Shown here: positions 39,497-53,451 of the stretch, piece by piece
Layout of the letters: each line of letters begins with the position of its first letter
How positions within the stretch are numbered: the stretch's first letter is position 1
NCBI RefSeq assembly: GCF_001194135.2
Contig: NC_068999.1
Location: 1,113,759-1,177,730 of the forward strand
Reading direction: 5' to 3'
Source of the DNA: Octopus bimaculoides
Lineage: Eukaryota
Length of the DNA: 63,972 nt
Made by a program: the position numbers and the translations under genes
The notes under the pieces: generated by a model
The model's database searches: none
Seen by the model: the letters and a program-made list of their open reading frames with translations, nothing else
Told to the model about the DNA's origin: nothing

Positions 39497-40388
39497 GAGA
39501 CACACACACACACACATTTATAAACGTCCATATGTTTATATAGCTGCGCACACATGCATATAAAATGCATAATTCAATTGAGGTTTAGATCGCTTGATTG
39601 TGTTTAGATTTCTGGCCTTTTATCTTTGCAAAACCAGAGCAAAGTAGCATATTGGCAAGAACACGAGCACTGTTTCCGTATACCCTTCATGCGATTCAAT
39701 TTTATGAAAAGTTACAGGAGAGATATTGAAATAAACAGGTGAGGGTAGTTTATGTATAAATTATTTCATTTTCATTGTATAAACACGTACTGAAATGAAA
39801 TGCTAGATCCTCTTGTAGGCTCGATTGCATAATTCAACCAACGTTCTCAGAGAAACAGGCAGAATAGAGGAATATAACACAATTGCATTATAAACCAACA
39901 CATTAGCTCTGGGTTTCCCTCGCATACATATGTCAATGGATATGTGTATAAATGTATAACCGTGCCTATGCATATATAGAGATATAGTTGAGGTGTGTTC
40001 TGTTAAGCACGTATTAGAGTACAAATACAGCTCGTTCACCCATAGAATTCCCAAATAGCAGGTAGAATTATTATGGTACGCTGGCAATTCTAGTCTTATG
40101 TATTTCAAAGGTGCCATGGAGGTAATCGCATTGAAAACAAAATTTACTTGCTGAGACAGCGATTAAATATCGCCCGAGGTAATAAGTATGGATCTTATTA
40201 TACAGGTTAAACGCTACCGAATTTAATTTAATTTAAATCTAAATTTAAATTTAAATCCTGTATATATACATAGATCTATATGTATGGAAACATTCGTAGT
40301 GATCATTAAAAAGCTGCCTAACCGTACTTACTGTTCCTTTTGACTGTATTAATTTTTACTTATACATATATATATACATATACATATA

Positions 40389-40765
40389 GGCGCATGAGTG
40401 GCTGTATTGTAAGTATGTTGTCGACCAACCACATGCTTCCAGTTTCAGTCCCACAGGGTCGCAATTTGTGCAAGTTCTACTATAGCCTCGGGCTGACCAA
40501 AGCCTTATGAGTGGATATAGTAGAGGGAAACTGAAAGAAGCTCATCGCATATATATCTCCGTGCCCCCCTCCCACCCAAAAAAAAAGACATCGCTTGACA
40601 ACCGATGCTGGTGCGTTTACGTCTCTGTACTTTTGTGGTTCCGCAAAAGAGACAAATACAATGAGTAATTACAAAGTTTAAGTCCTGGGGTCAATTTGCT
40701 CGACTAAAGGCGGTACTCCAGCACGGCCGCAGTCAAAATGCCTGAAACAATTAAAAGAAGAGAAT
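40389..40765 (+). mobile_element. Full-length SINE family B
   Basis: Head, ctactatagcctcgggc body, catcgcttgacaaccgatgc, gtcctggggtcaatttgctcgactaaaggcgg, tail. Confidence 0.9.
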
Positions 40766-40794
40766 ACATATATAAGCATGTATATATATATATA

Positions 40795-40859
<65 letters not shown>

Positions 40860-41636
40860 ACACACATACACACATATGTATGAACGTATGTGTGTATATG
40901 CATTATGTAGGGCTTCCCTAATGAATTCATTTCCTATTTTACATTACACAAACCTGAAACATACGTGCTAAATGGTTTCAAAATGTCACTATCATTACAC
41001 CTATACAAACGTACACACGCACACACACACCCCTATATGTTTCTGCGTGTGTGAGAGTGTGCATATAAGGTTCTGTTGCCATATCACATCCCTGATGATA
41101 ATGTAGATAAAGATTTCGAAGAAAATCTACCTCGACGTTTAAAATCGAATAGAGGCTGACAGGCAGGCATCTAAGCAAATAAAAATAGCTGAGTGAAGAA
41201 GCACATTGATTAACATCAAAATGAATAGACAAATACCCAGTCAGCCAACCCGATCGATAATAAATATATACGAGGTTAGAATGAGATGTAAGCAGATGAA
41301 GAGTAAACTACTTATATATGTGTAGTGTCTATCAGTGTGTGTCTCGCTGTGTGTATGTGTGTTCGTGTGTGTGTGTGCATGTGTATGTGTGTGTATGTGT
41401 TGATGGGAAAAATTCCGTCAGAGAAAGGAAATTAATAAGTGAGTGATTAGACAAAGACGTAGTAGAATGAAACACAAAAAATATATTGGAAAGGACGTAT
41501 GCATGTATGTGTGTATGCGTGTGTGTGCGCATGCGTGTGTATGCATGTGTTTGTGCATGTGTGCAAATGTGTGTATGAGCGTATATATGTACAGTGCGTG
41601 ACATGAGTACGCATAGAATACACATGCATACACACA

Positions 41637-41710
<74 letters not shown>

Positions 41711-42347
41711 CTACTCACAGACGGACGAACAGATGTACAGACAGGCCGATAGCTAGACAGATAAATAGATATACAGATAGATAAATAGATGAATAGATAG
41801 AGAGAGAGAGAGAAAGAGAAACTGAAAGATCAATAAATATTTAGGTACACTGAAAGATAGTGAAATAAAAATAAAAAAAGATAAATAGTTAAGGAAATAG
41901 ATAACAGATACACAGATATGTGTGTGTTCATTTTCTGTTTGTGTCAGGGGAAGTAATATGCAAAGAGCTTAGACACATATAACATAATAGGTAGAATTAT
42001 AGAATTATAAAGGCAGGATATTCGTAAATGTCTGGCCATCTCCACGTAAATTGGCCCATATAAGCTCCTTAAAAGTTGATAGTATTAGTGTAATCATAAC
42101 AGTCAGAAATGACAAATATATTGAAACGGTGCCCTTTAGATTCTCATATAATTTTCTCAACGCTAAAATGCTAAGCTTGAACAATCGTTCGTATGAGTGT
42201 GTGTTTAACACCCACAAAATACACACACACACACACACGCACCCCCCCCCGCACACACACACACGCATAAACGCACACACACACACACGCACAAGCACAT
42301 TCACACACGCACACTTCTATGTGAATATATGTATTATATATATATAT

Positions 42348-42379
<32 letters not shown>

Positions 42380-43457
42380 GAATGTACATGTGTGTACGTG
42401 TTTGTATACAATCTCGTGCATATGTATATATATATATATATATACATATATGCATGCATGCATAGATATGTATATGTCTATAAACATATATATGCAAAGA
42501 CATATCTTGATGCGGTGGTTTTGTAAAATAATCGATCTATGCATCCTCCCTCAAGCTATCTATCTTTAAATAAAACAGTATGATTATTCAAACAGCCACT
42601 CCGCTTATCACATCTGCTACACCACAACTGTTCATGATCGTTAGCAATCAATTGTGTCAGTTAGAATTTCAATCGATAAACATTGAGGCCGAAACAAAAA
42701 ATAGTGCAACGAAAAACAGAAATACGTAGCAAAGAGCAAGGAAAAAATATATACCGCTACAAATATAGATGTAACTGACACAAGAATCCATTTTGAATCT
42801 CTTTGAAATACGAGATTTCTGTTAGATTTATAGAAATAGACAAATACGCACCAACATGCACATGTACTCACATGTACACACACACACATACATATATATA
42901 TACATACATACATACGTGTGTGTGTGTGTGTATAGACATCTATGCAGAGACAGCTCCACATATATACACACACAGATAAACAGACATGTAGTCGTATATG
43001 TGTATATGTGTGTGTGTGAGAGAGAGTGTGTATAATATATATATACATATATATATGACTTGGATTTTGTCTAGTCCTTAAGCACACACAATCATGTGTA
43101 TATCTATGAACACCCCCCCCACACATATATATATAAATGCATATATGTATATATGTGTGTGTGTGTTTATGTATGCATGTACGCAGATGCACTAATACAT
43201 GCGTGTGTCTATGAATTTATCTACTTATGTGTTTATATACATATGCTCATACAAAAACGTTCCTACACACACACACACACACGTACATATGGACATACAC
43301 AACATACTTATCAATATGTATAGTTTTCCTTTTCATTTTTTGTAGGTCAGTACATTTTTTCCTTACATTTGTTGTTTTTATCTTCAATATTTCTAATAAT
43401 TTTAGTATTATTTTTGTTGCTATCCTTTTAATCTACTTTATATATTATTTATATCCT

Positions 43458-43548
<91 letters not shown>

Positions 43549-43719
43549 ATATTTATGCTTTCATTGTTTAGTTTTATTCTTGTTACTTGTGTTTTCCTTT
43601 ATGCAATATTTTAAAACGGAATAGATCTCAATCGGATATTGTTCAACAACTGCTGACTTTTTAAATGACCCTTTCACAAGTATTTTCGGAGAAATATACA
43701 ACTGGCTGCTTTGATCTTA

Positions 43720-43731
43720 TCATTATTATTA

Positions 43732-43778
<47 letters not shown>

Positions 43779-43860
43779 GTTGTTGTTGTTGTTGTTGCTG
43801 TTGTTGTTGTTGTTGTTGTTGTTGTTTTTGTTGCTGTTGTTGTTATCATTATGACTATTA

Positions 43861-43909
<49 letters not shown>

Positions 43910-43953
43910 TATTTTCATCTTCACCATCACCTCCGTCATCATTATTGTTATTG

Positions 43954-43998
<45 letters not shown>
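43720..43998. repeat. (TTA)n/(TTG)n/(TTA)n and (ACT)n microsatellites
   Basis: Direct inspection. Confidence 0.95.
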
Positions 43999-44001
43999 AT
44001 A

Positions 44002-44332
44002 GAATGTCGTCAGGCGCTCACAGACCTCTAGCAATCGGGAAATGGCATCGGTGGATGTTACGCTTTAGAAATTTATAGAGGATTAGTGGCGGGCAAAGTG
44101 CGATGACGTTCTCAGGGAGACTGGGCCCTGACGAGACCGAAGTGGCTACTCTTTTCCGGATGACTTTCCAGTCGGTAACATGGATAGTTTTCCGATGCCC
44201 TTGGCTTGGCAGGGCTAACGGAGGGCGCTACCGGTTCGGAATAAACTCCACAGGCGTGAATGTGCTGTCAGACGGACTTGTCCGAAGTGCACACAGTGTG
44301 ATGAAAGCGTTCAGCACACCCTCATTCAGTGT
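44002..44332 (+). mobile_element. L1/Tx1-clade LINE relic (C-terminal zinc-knuckle region)
   Basis: ECRQAL..IYRGLVAGK..GPDETEVATLFRMTF..LAWQG*RRALPVRNKLHRRECAVRRTCPKCTQCDESVQHTLIQC; C-X2-C-X8-H-X4-C. Confidence 0.8.
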
Positions 44333-44338
44333 CTTCCC

Positions 44339-44465
44339 TACCACTTTTTCAAGCATCTCGACAGCTTCCTGCGTAAGAAATGCTTCAAAAACCAAGACGA
44401 TGCCAAACACGCCTTCAAAGACTTCATCGCTACTAAGACGCAGGATTTTAACGCTACTGGCGATT
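44339..44465 (+). mobile_element. Mariner transposase C-terminal fragment
   Basis: YHFFKHLDSFLRKKCFKNQDDAKHAFKDFIATKTQDFNATG, typical of the segment after the third catalytic Asp. Confidence 0.9.
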
Positions 44466-45207
44466 TTTTTTTTCTTTTCATTAATCACCAGTAGATCCAA
44501 AGCGAAATTTTCTTCCTCAATGTTTCGAATTAGACTTTATAGCTTTATTGAAATTCAATTTGTATATTTTTAGGTTGAAACACTGAAAAATTTGGCAATA
44601 CATTTAATCTTCTAAAATTGCAATAAGGAAGATAATTCAAAAAGACGATTGTTTAGAAACCACGTGATCTTCTTTTCGTTCCCACAAAGCGAAATATTAA
44701 ACAGTTGTATTTTATCTAGTGTTGCTTTGAGAAAAGCTTGTACGTGAAATATCGTAGACTGAAATAGCAAGGAAATACGTTAAAATGAACTGGAGATTCA
44801 TGTGATAATGGTTGCACTGTGTATCTCGGGAGTAGACCCTGCGGGATATATGGCCTCGGAAATATAGCTTCAACGAGCTTGCGATGCAATTGATCGAGCA
44901 GGAATCACATCCCGGAAACCAGACAACTTACGTTGTATCTCTTTTAAGATTGGCAATGTGTCGGTCTTACGCTGTAAGCGATTGGCTATTCCTTCCTTCT
45001 TGCCTTTCATTCACTTTTCTTTCTTCAATCTGTGTGTGTATGTATTTGTGTGTGTAGATGCATATACACTCATACAAGTATTCAGTGTTTACAAGTTTAC
45101 AGTAAAACAATATTTATACGAGAGAAATTCCCTGTCAATAATTTTAGTTTCACAGATATATGATTAATCAAATATGCAATTTAACACTGCAGTAACGTAT
45201 GCAAGGG

Positions 45208-45244
<37 letters not shown>

Positions 45245-46084
45245 GTCTATCTATCTATCTATCTNNNNNNNNNNNNNNNNNNNNNNNNNNNNNNNNNNNN
45301 NNNNNNNNNNNNNNNNNNNNNNNNNNNNNNNNNNNNNNNNNNNNNNNNNNNNNNNNNNNNNNNNNNNNNNNNNNNNNNNNNNNNNNNNNNNNNNNNNNNN
45401 NNNNNNNNNNNNNNNNNNNNNNNNNNNNNNNNNNNNNNNNNNNNNNNNNNNNNNNNNNNNNNNNNNNNNNNNNNNNNNNNNNNNNNNNNNNNNNNNNNNN
45501 NNNNNNNNNNNNNNNNNNNNNNNNNNNNNNNNNNNNNNNNNNNNNNNNNNNNNNNNNNNNNNNNNNNNNNNNNNNNNNNNNNNNNNNNNNNNNNNNNNNN
45601 NNNNNNNNNNNNNNNNNNNNNNNNNNNNNNNNNNNNNNNNNNNNNNNNNNNNNNNNNNNNNNNNNNNNNNNNNNNNNNNNNNNNNNNNNNNNNNNNNNNN
45701 NNNNNNNNNNNNNNNNNNNNNNNNNNNNNNNNNNNNNNNNNNNNNNNNNNNNNNNNNNNNNNNNNNNNNNNNNNNNNNNNNNNNNNNNNNNNNNNNNNNN
45801 NNNNNNNNNNNNNNNNNNNNNNNNNNNNNNNNNNNNNNNNNNNNNNNNNNNNNNNNNNNNNNNNNNNNNNNNNNNNNNNNNNNNNNNNNNNNNNNNNNNN
45901 NNNNNNNNNNNNNNNNNNNNNNNNNNNNNNNNNNNNNNNNNNNNNNNNNNNNNNNNNNNNNNNNNNNNNNNNNNNNNNNNNNNNNNNNNNNNNNNNNNNN
46001 NNNNNNNNNNNNNNNNNNNNNNNNNNNNNNNNNNNNNNNNNNNNNNNNNNNNNNNNNNNNNNNNNNNNNNNNNNNNNNNNNNNN

Positions 46085-46135
<51 letters not shown>

Positions 46136-46814
46136 TACGTATACTTATATTTTACATATATAAGTTCATATGCATATAGATACATATGCATACATACACA
46201 CACATACATATATATGTATGGAGAGAGATAGAGAGAGGTAGATTGAGTGATAGATAAGTATAGATACGTGTACGTATATATACATATATACGTATATGCA
46301 CATACACACACATTCATATTCGAAGCATACGGGCGCACACACAATTACACACACACGCAGATGCCCACACAGAAACATATATGTGTGTGTGTGTGTTAGT
46401 GTGTGTGTGTGTTAGTGTGTGTGTGTGTGTATATGTATGTATATATGAATATCCTTGAAGCTTCTTTTCAGCTCTCTTCAATTTTATTCCTCTCGAAAGA
46501 TTTGAATTGAAGGAAAAACGATTTTATCCACGTATTTTTTCGTCCTTCATTTTCCATTCTAATTCTAATTGCACTATATAATTTTATTTAAGCAAACGCA
46601 GGAATTTTAAAACACTTCTTTTTTTTACTTAACATGTAAAATTTTCCAATGATGTGAAGGTGACGAATGTGGAGATATTCCTAGAGAAAAAAAAATATGA
46701 AGACATTATGAGCATTTTGGAATTATCAGTGCTTTATTTTTATATCATATGTTTTGCAGCATTGAAATAGGAGAGAAGCTTTATATTGAATTATATAAAA
46801 AGAGAAAGCAAAAG

Positions 46815-47080
46815 AAATAAAATCGTATGTTCTGAGTATTGTTCCTGTTTTCTATCCCTGAATCCTGGCTTGCTTAGTTTCCAGAGCTTTATACTAGCAT
46901 AGTTTCGCCATAATTTTATTGATATAGCTTGGAATGAATTCTCTCGTCCAAGAGACATTCTATTTCCTGTTACTTTGACAACAATGTCCGGCTGATTAAC
47001 CTGAATATCTGTCTGTGTGTAGATTGACATATCACAGAATTTGGCTTCTTTGTAATTCTTTACTATCATTTCTTTGATCT
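46815..47080 (-). mobile_element. R4/Dong-like RLE endonuclease domain relic
   Basis: KEAKFCDMSIYTQTDIQVNQPDIVVK (PD at 46986-46991), then frameshifted KLC*YKALE..KTGTI. Confidence 0.8.
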
Positions 47081-47256
47081 ATATATATGGCAACACCTTC
47101 CTGTCAGAATGCTGGCTGGAAGACCCAACTTTGTAGAGCAACGGAAATGAGCGCAAAAGTCTCCACCAACAAAGCAGTGAATGAGAAATACAGAAACAAA
47201 GAAGGCAGCATCGACGCGATAGTGAAAGAGGCTGTAATAAGGTTCTCTCTTTCCCC

Positions 47257-47321
<65 letters not shown>

Positions 47322-47384
47322 AGTCTGTCTGTCTGCCTTCTTGCCTGCTTGTCGGTTCTCCCAAGAACTGAATTAGTGTTAAAT

Positions 47385-47605
47385 AAACTGTTGTTGGCCT
47401 CTGTAACAAGTGTTTCTTTTACGTGTATAGGGTGTTAGCCCATAGCACAACTCCCGAATCTGGAGGGCCGATGTGTATACTTTAGTCTGACTCCTCCTCT
47501 TCGACCAAACCAGCAAGGTTGAACCTACCAGGGGAACACGTCCCCCACTGGCACATGCTCTAGGGATCACAAGAGTATGCATACCTCCCCGCCACGCCGA
47601 GGCCA
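47385..47605 (-). mobile_element. Probable RTE-clade LINE 5' end (UTR)
   Basis: GC-rich island; reverse strand ...ggccctccagattcgggagttgtgctatgggctaacaccc... resembles RTE 5' UTRs as I recall them; not searched. Confidence 0.5.
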
Positions 47606-48863
47606 CACACAGTATGTGTGAATGTGTGCACTGTAAAAAGATCTATGTGCGCGCGCGCGCGTTTGTACCTGTGTGTATGCATGTATGTATATATATATAT
47701 GTATGTGTGGATATATGCACTGCAAATAGAGTTTTGGGCGATTGACTTACGTCACTCTGTTCTGTCATCAGTTCACGTTATCGCGCATGCGCTGTATAAC
47801 CTGAAAGATAGCGGATATGAAAGCTTTTATTTCTACATAACAATAATAGTACTGATAAGCTTAAGAACATCAACAAGAACAACAAAACGCAACAGTAATA
47901 ATATAAGTAGACACCCATATACGCACGCTGTGCGTGTGGCGCGGGGTTGTATTGATTTTCACAACAGCATTAGTAAATTCATCAGAGATATTTAAGCAAT
48001 CTACTGCAATAGAATCTGTTGGGCAATATAATGTAAGACATTTATTCCGGCATGAACAGTAAAAGCATTTTATGTGGAGCTATTTATTTATTGAAAATTA
48101 ATCATAAACTGTTTCAGAAAACTCACCATTCTAATCCCATAATCTCGTCTTTACTATATACTAATCCTATGTTATAGTCTATTCTACTTATTCTGTGATG
48201 TTTCATCTCTAATAAAAAAAAAAAACTGATTTTATTTTTTCGCAAATGGTAGTAATAGAATTATAATTTCACCTCATTTATTGCTACATTCTCTTGTTCT
48301 GTTCTTTGAGAGAGACATCGATCTCAAAATCAGCAACTAAGCATTATTTTGGTTAATTCTCTCCCCTGTCAATTTGGTCCACCGACTTTTGATATTTTAT
48401 TGTCTACGCGTCGACTGTTTCTAGTCGGGGGACCAATTTATTGCGGCCTGGTTAAGGCATCACGAATAACAAATGATTCGGAATAAACTATATAAAAACA
48501 ATTTCACTGTTATTATATAAACCACTGGTTTAATACTGTACTGACCATAGAGAAAAAGAAATGTGAAACGTTTATGTTGTCGTCACACTAGATGGAAATG
48601 GCTGCAATATCTGAAAACCATACTCCATTCCAGCAATGACCACCACAGGGAACAAATGATCACTCTAACCCTATAAGGAATTATCAAGGGGCCCTGTGAC
48701 CTGTCGAATATATATATATATAAATATATACATATATATAAGTAATGAAAAATCAAAGAGGCGAAGTCTTTTCAAGAAACAGCACCTTAGGGCTCACTTA
48801 ATTGAGTAATTAGTATATGTGCATATTTATGTGTGTGCGCATGTATCAATAGAAATATTATTA

Positions 48864-48908
48864 ACAGCGATCTCGGCCTTTTGGTCGTCTCGGCCCTCGT
48901 CGGACTGT
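48864..48908 (-). ncRNA. Decayed hammerhead-like motif
   Basis: acagt-CCGACGA-g-ggcc(13 nt)ggcc-GAGA-TC-gctgt. Confidence 0.3.
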
Positions 48909-49057
48909 CCAATGTTGAGTAAGCTAGGTAAAACCTTGAATTCTCTCTCAACACTATACTAGTTGATGAATAATTATTTTGTACTTTACTAAATATATTG
49001 TCTAATTCTTCCATTTAATGAAAAGCTCTTTTATCCTAACAGAAAAACACAAGTCAG

Positions 49058-49116
<59 letters not shown>

Positions 49117-49583
49117 GTTACTATGCGTGTGTTTGTGTTTCTATGCATGTGTATCACATTTATCTTCAGCTGTGTTGCTTCGTTTCGAAGTGCAAGTTGA
49201 TTAATACCTCCGATTGATTTCGCCAGCCGGAAAGAACGCAGCTCTTTGCTATTACGTCTTTCGGCAATTACTTGGGCTACGACCTATCGTATTTCTCTCC
49301 TCTTATACGTATTTCTGGCAATTTATCTCACTGAGATCTTATTCAGATTCTATTAATTGCGTTAGATGCGGAAACGTACTGACTCGTTGACTGACATCTC
49401 GGTGTATGTACAAGCACAAACGGATATATATATAAATTTTAGGTATACACGGACAGACACACACGCACACACATAGAATCACAGGACCACATTATCCACT
49501 ACCATGCATACATAAATTTATACACATACATACACGTATATACATACACACAAATATATATAGATACATACTCATATATACCT

Positions 49584-49645
<62 letters not shown>

Positions 49646-50106
49646 GCACGCACATATACAATATTATGGAAACAGTGCAAGTGAAAGAAGATGATGCCAT
49701 ACACACATGCACAAATACACTCATGTACGTATTTATACGATTATACATACATTTATATCTATGGGTATTATATATGTCACATTCAATAAATCCATATTGT
49801 TATACGATATCTCTATAAATCTCAAATGGCGTAGACAGTTTGTATTTAGCTATATGGAATATCATCTATACTTCATCAAGTTGCCAATTAGTTTTCGAAA
49901 TAATGAAAACAATACAAAACTGATAAAACCTTTCTGCTTACAGAAGCCTTGTATTACACTGAGGAGGCTAGCATAGGCAGGATGGTAACATCACCTACAA
50001 TTGATTCATACAACGTTCTACGCCAAAGAAGAAACTGAAGAAGTAACATTGCACCCAGTAAAGCAGGATAATTCGAATAAATGCTATAATCCTTTCTATA
50101 AGAGAA

Positions 50107-50290
50107 ACAAGGCTTGAAACCTATGTTTCTTGGGAGGAGCCGAGTCCAATTTATAGTCTCTGATCCTCAACTGGTACTCCTTTTATCGATGCCGAAAAAA
50201 TGAAATGCGAAGCCAACCTCGATGGAATTTGAACTCAGAACGTAAAAAAGGGCGAAAATGTGGCTAACGGTTCTTTCAGCTCACCGACTT
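50107..50290 (-). mobile_element. SINE family A, near full length
   Basis: ctcaactggtactccttttatcgatgccgaaa...cctcgatggaatttgaactcagaacgtaaa...ctaacggttctttcagctcaccg. Confidence 0.85.
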
Positions 50291-50402
50291 GATACTTAAT
50301 AACCAAGCTTTAGCGTAAGGATAACTCCGGACAGGGCAGGGTGGGCCAGTTCGTAATCCCGCCACTGCTAGTGACGATGAGAGACAAAAGTGGAGTAAAC
50401 GC

Positions 50403-50403
<1 letters not shown>

Positions 50404-50458
<55 letters not shown>
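50404..50458. repeat. (TTA)n microsatellite
   Basis: Direct inspection. Confidence 0.95.
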
Positions 50459-51766
50459 ATGCGAAACAATCTATTAAATTTCCTTCTTTCGTTACTTTTT
50501 CTGGTATAGGAATATTTACCACACAACTGTTTCCTAGAGGTGGTGGCAGTATGCAGCAGAAACCTCTACAAATAAATAAAAGTGAATATTACAGTTTGGT
50601 TTTTGTGCGTGAGTATGTGTGTGTGTTTTATTTCTAACTCGGCTCTTCGTCCCTCTCAAGAAAGACATCACTAGCGTCTTACAAGACAAAACTCGAATTA
50701 TGTTTTAGGTGGTTTGTTCTAACTACTGTCATTCTTTTCTTATTCTTTTATTAAAAGACATAATTTCATCTTTCTAATCCATTCAATATAGTTTCGGATA
50801 TATAAATGTAATTTATTACTGGGAAACCCAGAATATTGATGAATAATATTTTATTGGTTTATCATTTTAATTCATCTTGAAATTCTAATCGAACGCATTT
50901 ATAATATTCATCCAGACATTTAATTTAATATAAAGTTCATTTCATTGATTCTTAAGTATTTCTAAGTTTGTTCTTACTCTAATTCACTTATCTTTGTTTA
51001 CCGCACGTAATAATATCAATGTGTATATGCTGCTAGTAGTTAGTTTCTGTTCAGATTGATCATGGTACAAAATTCGCTATCAATTCACCAACTGAATCCG
51101 AGCATTGTCCATAAAAAGTTATCAAGTTGTTTATCATATGCGGCATGAAACCTGGGGTTATTCATAAATTCATACTCGGAGGATAGTAGTGTACCATTCA
51201 TACTGTTCTTATCTGTTGTAATTTAACAAGTTAATTAAAGATACCAGTTGCAGGCAATATTTTTCTTCAAATATTGTTATTCTGATAAGGATTGGCATCA
51301 TATTTCACTTCATCTTGTTTTTCTTTATCTGTACAACTCTTTTCCATTAACTATGACATAGTCGATGTCCTTTCACATTATGGATGTTGAATTATCTAGA
51401 CGCTTGTTCTTTTTTATTATATGAATAAACAATAGACAAGAGAGAATTCATAATTTATTTATTTGAGACACAATATCACGAACTAGACAAAACATATTTC
51501 CCTCATTTAAGACATAACTGGTCATTAGCGGTGTATGTATCTTAATTAATCTCTTGTGCTGTCTGATTGCTTCTTCGTGGTAAACGATCAATTTTCTCCA
51601 TAAATCGGAGAGCAGAAATATCAGCATGGCTAAGACGGTTGCACTAAAATCAGAAGATTCTAGGGAAACATCACTTTTGCAAATCCTCTGCAGTCAGCAT
51701 TAGTTGACTAACAACTTGTCCTGAAAGGCAATTGATGGAGGGAAACTGCATATATATATGTGTGTG

Positions 51767-51813
<47 letters not shown>

Positions 51814-52547
51814 ACCCACAATGTATTGTTGCTTATATTTTGCATATCTGCTGATTTTGGTGTCATTGATACTAATTCAAATATCCGCTGGTTTAACGTA
51901 TACAAACAAGACCCCATTATTGATTATATATGACTATTTCAGATATTCTTTGTATCTTTTTAAAGATTTACTTTCGTTGCATTTGAACTGTTAAATATTT
52001 TGGAGCACACCAGGCAATTATTCTTCACCACATGTGTTTTCTTTTAAAATGCATAAATTTCATGTTCTCAGTCTAATGCATATTTTCAAACCAAATAAAG
52101 TAAAGTGCGTATTGTTAATGGAGTTTGGACAAGTTGTTAAATAAATACATTTATTACATCATATAACAATAAGTTATATACGCCGGTAACCAATACACCG
52201 GAGTAATTTAAGTTATGACTTTTAGTAGATGTAAATATCTCAATGCTCAGCACGATCGAAATGTCTGCAAGAATTCGTCAATTTCGATTTTTTGTTCAAA
52301 ATTGAAAGCAAAATTCATGATGATCGATGTAAATCTTTGACTACAATATAACCTTCAAGTTTTTGTTTATAAATTTATCAATCACTTCTCGGTGGCATCT
52401 CTACAATATTTTGGCTAAGAATAAATTTAATTAGATTGTGACCATACGCGACAAAACTCAAATAAACAGAAGGGTCGGCGACATTCAACTTAAAAGTGAG
52501 AATTCGTAAAATTCAACTATTTTTGTAATAATAATACGTTCTGTTAT

Positions 52548-52730
52548 AGGCAAAAAGCATGGAATTTGTGCGGGAGGAGGATAGTCGGACCCAGTAACTC
52601 AGTGGTGACTATTTTATCAACCCCGAAAGAATAAGATGCAAAGTTCACCTCGGCCGAATTTCAAATCAAAACTCAAAAACGGATGAAACGCCGTTGAGTA
52701 TCTGGAATGCTACTGATTCTGTCTGCCTTA
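52548..52730 (-). mobile_element. SINE family A
   Basis: ctattttatcaaccccgaaagaataagatgcaaagttcacctcggccgaatttc. Confidence 0.75.
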
Positions 52731-52774
52731 TTTCAACCAAATGGTAACAATAATTTCGGTACAATGCGAGTTTC

Positions 52775-52825
52775 AGCATGACCTCAGTCAAATAACTGAA
52801 ACAAGTAAATGAATAAAGGAATATA
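52775..52825 (+). mobile_element. SINE family B 3' tail
   Basis: cagcatgacctcagtcaaataactgaaacaagtaaatgaataaag. Confidence 0.7.
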
Positions 52826-53402
52826 CATATGAGTGTGTGTGTGTGTGTGTGTGTTTGAATGTGTGTGTGTTTGTGTGTTTGGCGAAACTGCTGTTTATAT
52901 ATATGTATGTATATATTTGTTTGCATGCATATCTATACACAGGTATACACTCACGAATGTGTGTATGTGTGTACGTGTGTGTGTGTGTGTGTGTGTGTGT
53001 CATTGCTTACGAACGTGTTTTTTCGTATGTGTCGTTCTTACCGTATGTATGCATAGGTGTGCAATATTTAGAAAAACGAAAGGCATGTTTAAATAAACAT
53101 GCTTAAATGTATCACTTGTCTGTGTATATTCAAGCTCACACGCTTGTATATAAATATATATGTACACATATACGGTCGCGTATATATACAATATCTAACA
53201 TACGTACATTCATATATATCATCTGTCTACCGGTTTACCTATCTACTTATCTACGTCCGTATCTATCTATTTATCAGTCTGCCTGTCTATGAATCTCTCG
53301 AAATATGTATGTAAATATCTCGTTATACGCACGCACACACGCACAAACACACACACACAAACACACACACATTCCTTCACAAAAGACATCAACATACATA
53401 TA

Positions 53403-53451
<49 letters not shown>

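Noticed and set aside
44127-44150. CTGACGA-gacc hammerhead-like start
   Set aside because: No GAAAC or stem II partner; it encodes PDET in the L1 frame.
44103-44573. 156-aa plus ORF and 90-aa minus ORF (44228-44500) as genes
   Set aside because: Shadow frames of the L1/mariner relic; only the first part of the plus ORF follows the L1 frame.
50940-51420. Possible further R4-like relic on the minus strand
   Set aside because: Only scattered short motifs (RLC, NWY, FLW); not distinguishable from chance.
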